A stretch of DNA of 55,105 bases from Candidatus Dojkabacteria bacterium UBA2259. Its GTDB lineage: Bacteria > Patescibacteriota > Dojkabacteria > SC72. Both the position numbers and the translations under genes were made by a program. The notes beneath the pieces were generated by a model. It had not been told where the DNA came from and did not search any database. It was given only the letters and a program-made list of their open reading frames with translations. The stretch covers positions 1-55,105 of the forward strand of contig DDXN01000013.1 of NCBI GenBank assembly GCA_002347605.1, given 5' to 3'. How positions within the stretch are numbered: the first letter of the stretch is position 1; each line of letters begins with the position of its first letter. This document shows, one piece after another, positions 54,107-55,105 of this stretch.

Positions 54107-55105
54107 TCAATTTATTATTTTATAGATTGTGGCTTTACCAAATGTTTTTTGAATACTCAAACAAGAGGTATCTTGTAAGTCTTCAGTTGAAAGGACATAC
54201 TTTACATCAAGCATTTTTAGCTTTTCATCACAGGGACTAATGTTAACCTCAATAGAATCTGTTTGTTTAAGTACAACCAATTCGTCACCATTAGAATAAT
54301 CAGAGAAAAAGACATGAGCATATCTGTTGTATATATCTTTATATTCACCTTGTGAATCTATGATAGACCATATTTTGAATTGAGGGTACATATGTATTCC
54401 ATTTAATATTCTTCCATTGTTGGCAAGAAGGTATTGTGCATAATGATAATCTCCATATACTATCCAACGATTTTGATTTCCATCGTTTATTGTTCTCATG
54501 TAAGTAGCCATTTCAGTGTGAATAATAATATCAAGTCCTCTATATATTGGATTTACCGCAAAGGTTGAGAGAAAAGCATAAATTAATAAAATCGCTATTC
54601 CAATTTTTTTACCTACCAAAATTAAAATAACAATTAATGATGTTAATCCTGTTACACCTAATATTTTTAATTGAGGTGAAAGAAATGTTGGAATTAAAAA
54701 TGATTGAGGATTTAAATTATATAAATACTTTCCGGTTAGATAGAAAGTAATACCAGTCGCAATTACCAACAATAAGGCTATAATTATTTCTTTCTTACTT
54801 TTTAAATCTAAATGTAAATCCTTATTTGAGAGTATATTTATTATTAGTAGATAGTTTACAATTCCAAAACCTATAAATAATCTCTGAGGTAATGTTAAGT
54901 ATAAAGCTGTAAATCTTGAGAACCAATCTGGTAGTGGAATAAAATACCAGAGCATAAATAAAACTAAAACAGATATCAAAGAAATTGTTATCCAATCAAT
55001 TTTCTTGGTTTTAATATATTTAATTACTAATTTATATATAACCCATGGTATTAGAAAGATAAAAAGGTTAAAAAAATTAGAAGCTTCACATTGATTACCA
55101 TATGG
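54107..55105 (-). CDS. Large polytopic membrane protein (5' end beyond window)
   Basis: Hand translation shows the reading frame stays open from 54979 to the window edge (...PWVIYKLVIKYIKTKKIDWITIS-LISVLV). The track start at 54979 is an internal TTG. Confidence 0.6.
   Translation of the reverse strand, partial: PYGNQCEASNFFNLFIFLIPWVIYKLVIKYIKTKKIDWITISLISVLVLFMLWYFIPLPDWFSRFTALYLTLPQRLFIGFGIVNYLLIINILSNKDLHLDLKSKKEIIIALLLVIATGITFYLTGKYLYNLNPQSFLIPTFLSPQLKILGVTGLTSLIVILILVGKKIGIAILLIYAFLSTFAVNPIYRGLDIIIHTEMATYMRTINDGNQNRWIVYGDYHYAQYLLANNGRILNGIHMYPQFKIWSIIDSQGEYKDIYNRYAHVFFSDYSNGDELVVLKQTDSIEVNISPCDEKLKMLDVKYVLSTEDLQDTSCLSIQKTFGKATIYKIIN

Noticed and set aside
1-55105. CRISPR arrays, rRNA genes, prophage blocks
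   Set aside because: Reading through the intergenic regions, I found no regularly spaced direct repeats, rRNA signature sequences or phage structural gene runs.

Overview
This is a low-GC, very gene-dense bacterial fragment that uses the standard code; TGA acts as a stop at the ATGA overlaps at 14516-14519 and 26570-26573. Gene content suggests a reduced-genome, CPR/Patescibacteria-like organism, but that is inference only. Coordinates 1-11.7 kb hold the S10/spc/alpha ribosomal superoperon, from the end of rplV through secY, adk, infA, rpmJ, rpoA and rplQ to rplM and rpsI. No L30, no L29 and no map gene sits at the usual positions. Directly downstream, at 11.9-16.2 kb, is the most unusual locus. 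It is a tightly coupled four-gene operon: an RNHCP-type zinc-ribbon protein, a 722-aa protein with two complete radical-SAM cores (one with a textbook SPASM signature), a PLP aminotransferase-fold protein, and a CxxCxxCC (YkgJ-type) protein. I cannot match this operon to any characterised pathway. The rest is mostly translation and RNA housekeeping: a minimal 300-nt RNase P RNA, fmt, queA, tgt, rny, hup, trmD, miaA, glyQS, lysS, serS, thpR, a DHH phosphoesterase, two Gre-factor paralogs, tRNA-Glu(CUC) and tRNA-Pro(GGG). There are also envelope proteins, a RAYT/IS200-like Y1 transposase flanked by inverted GC-rich repeats abutting tgt, a higBA-like toxin-antitoxin pair, a strongly structured intergenic region upstream of a ferredoxin gene, and a glycosyltransferase/ABC-exporter surface-glycan cluster (49.8-55.1 kb). 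All family names come from motif recognition by eye; no searches were run.
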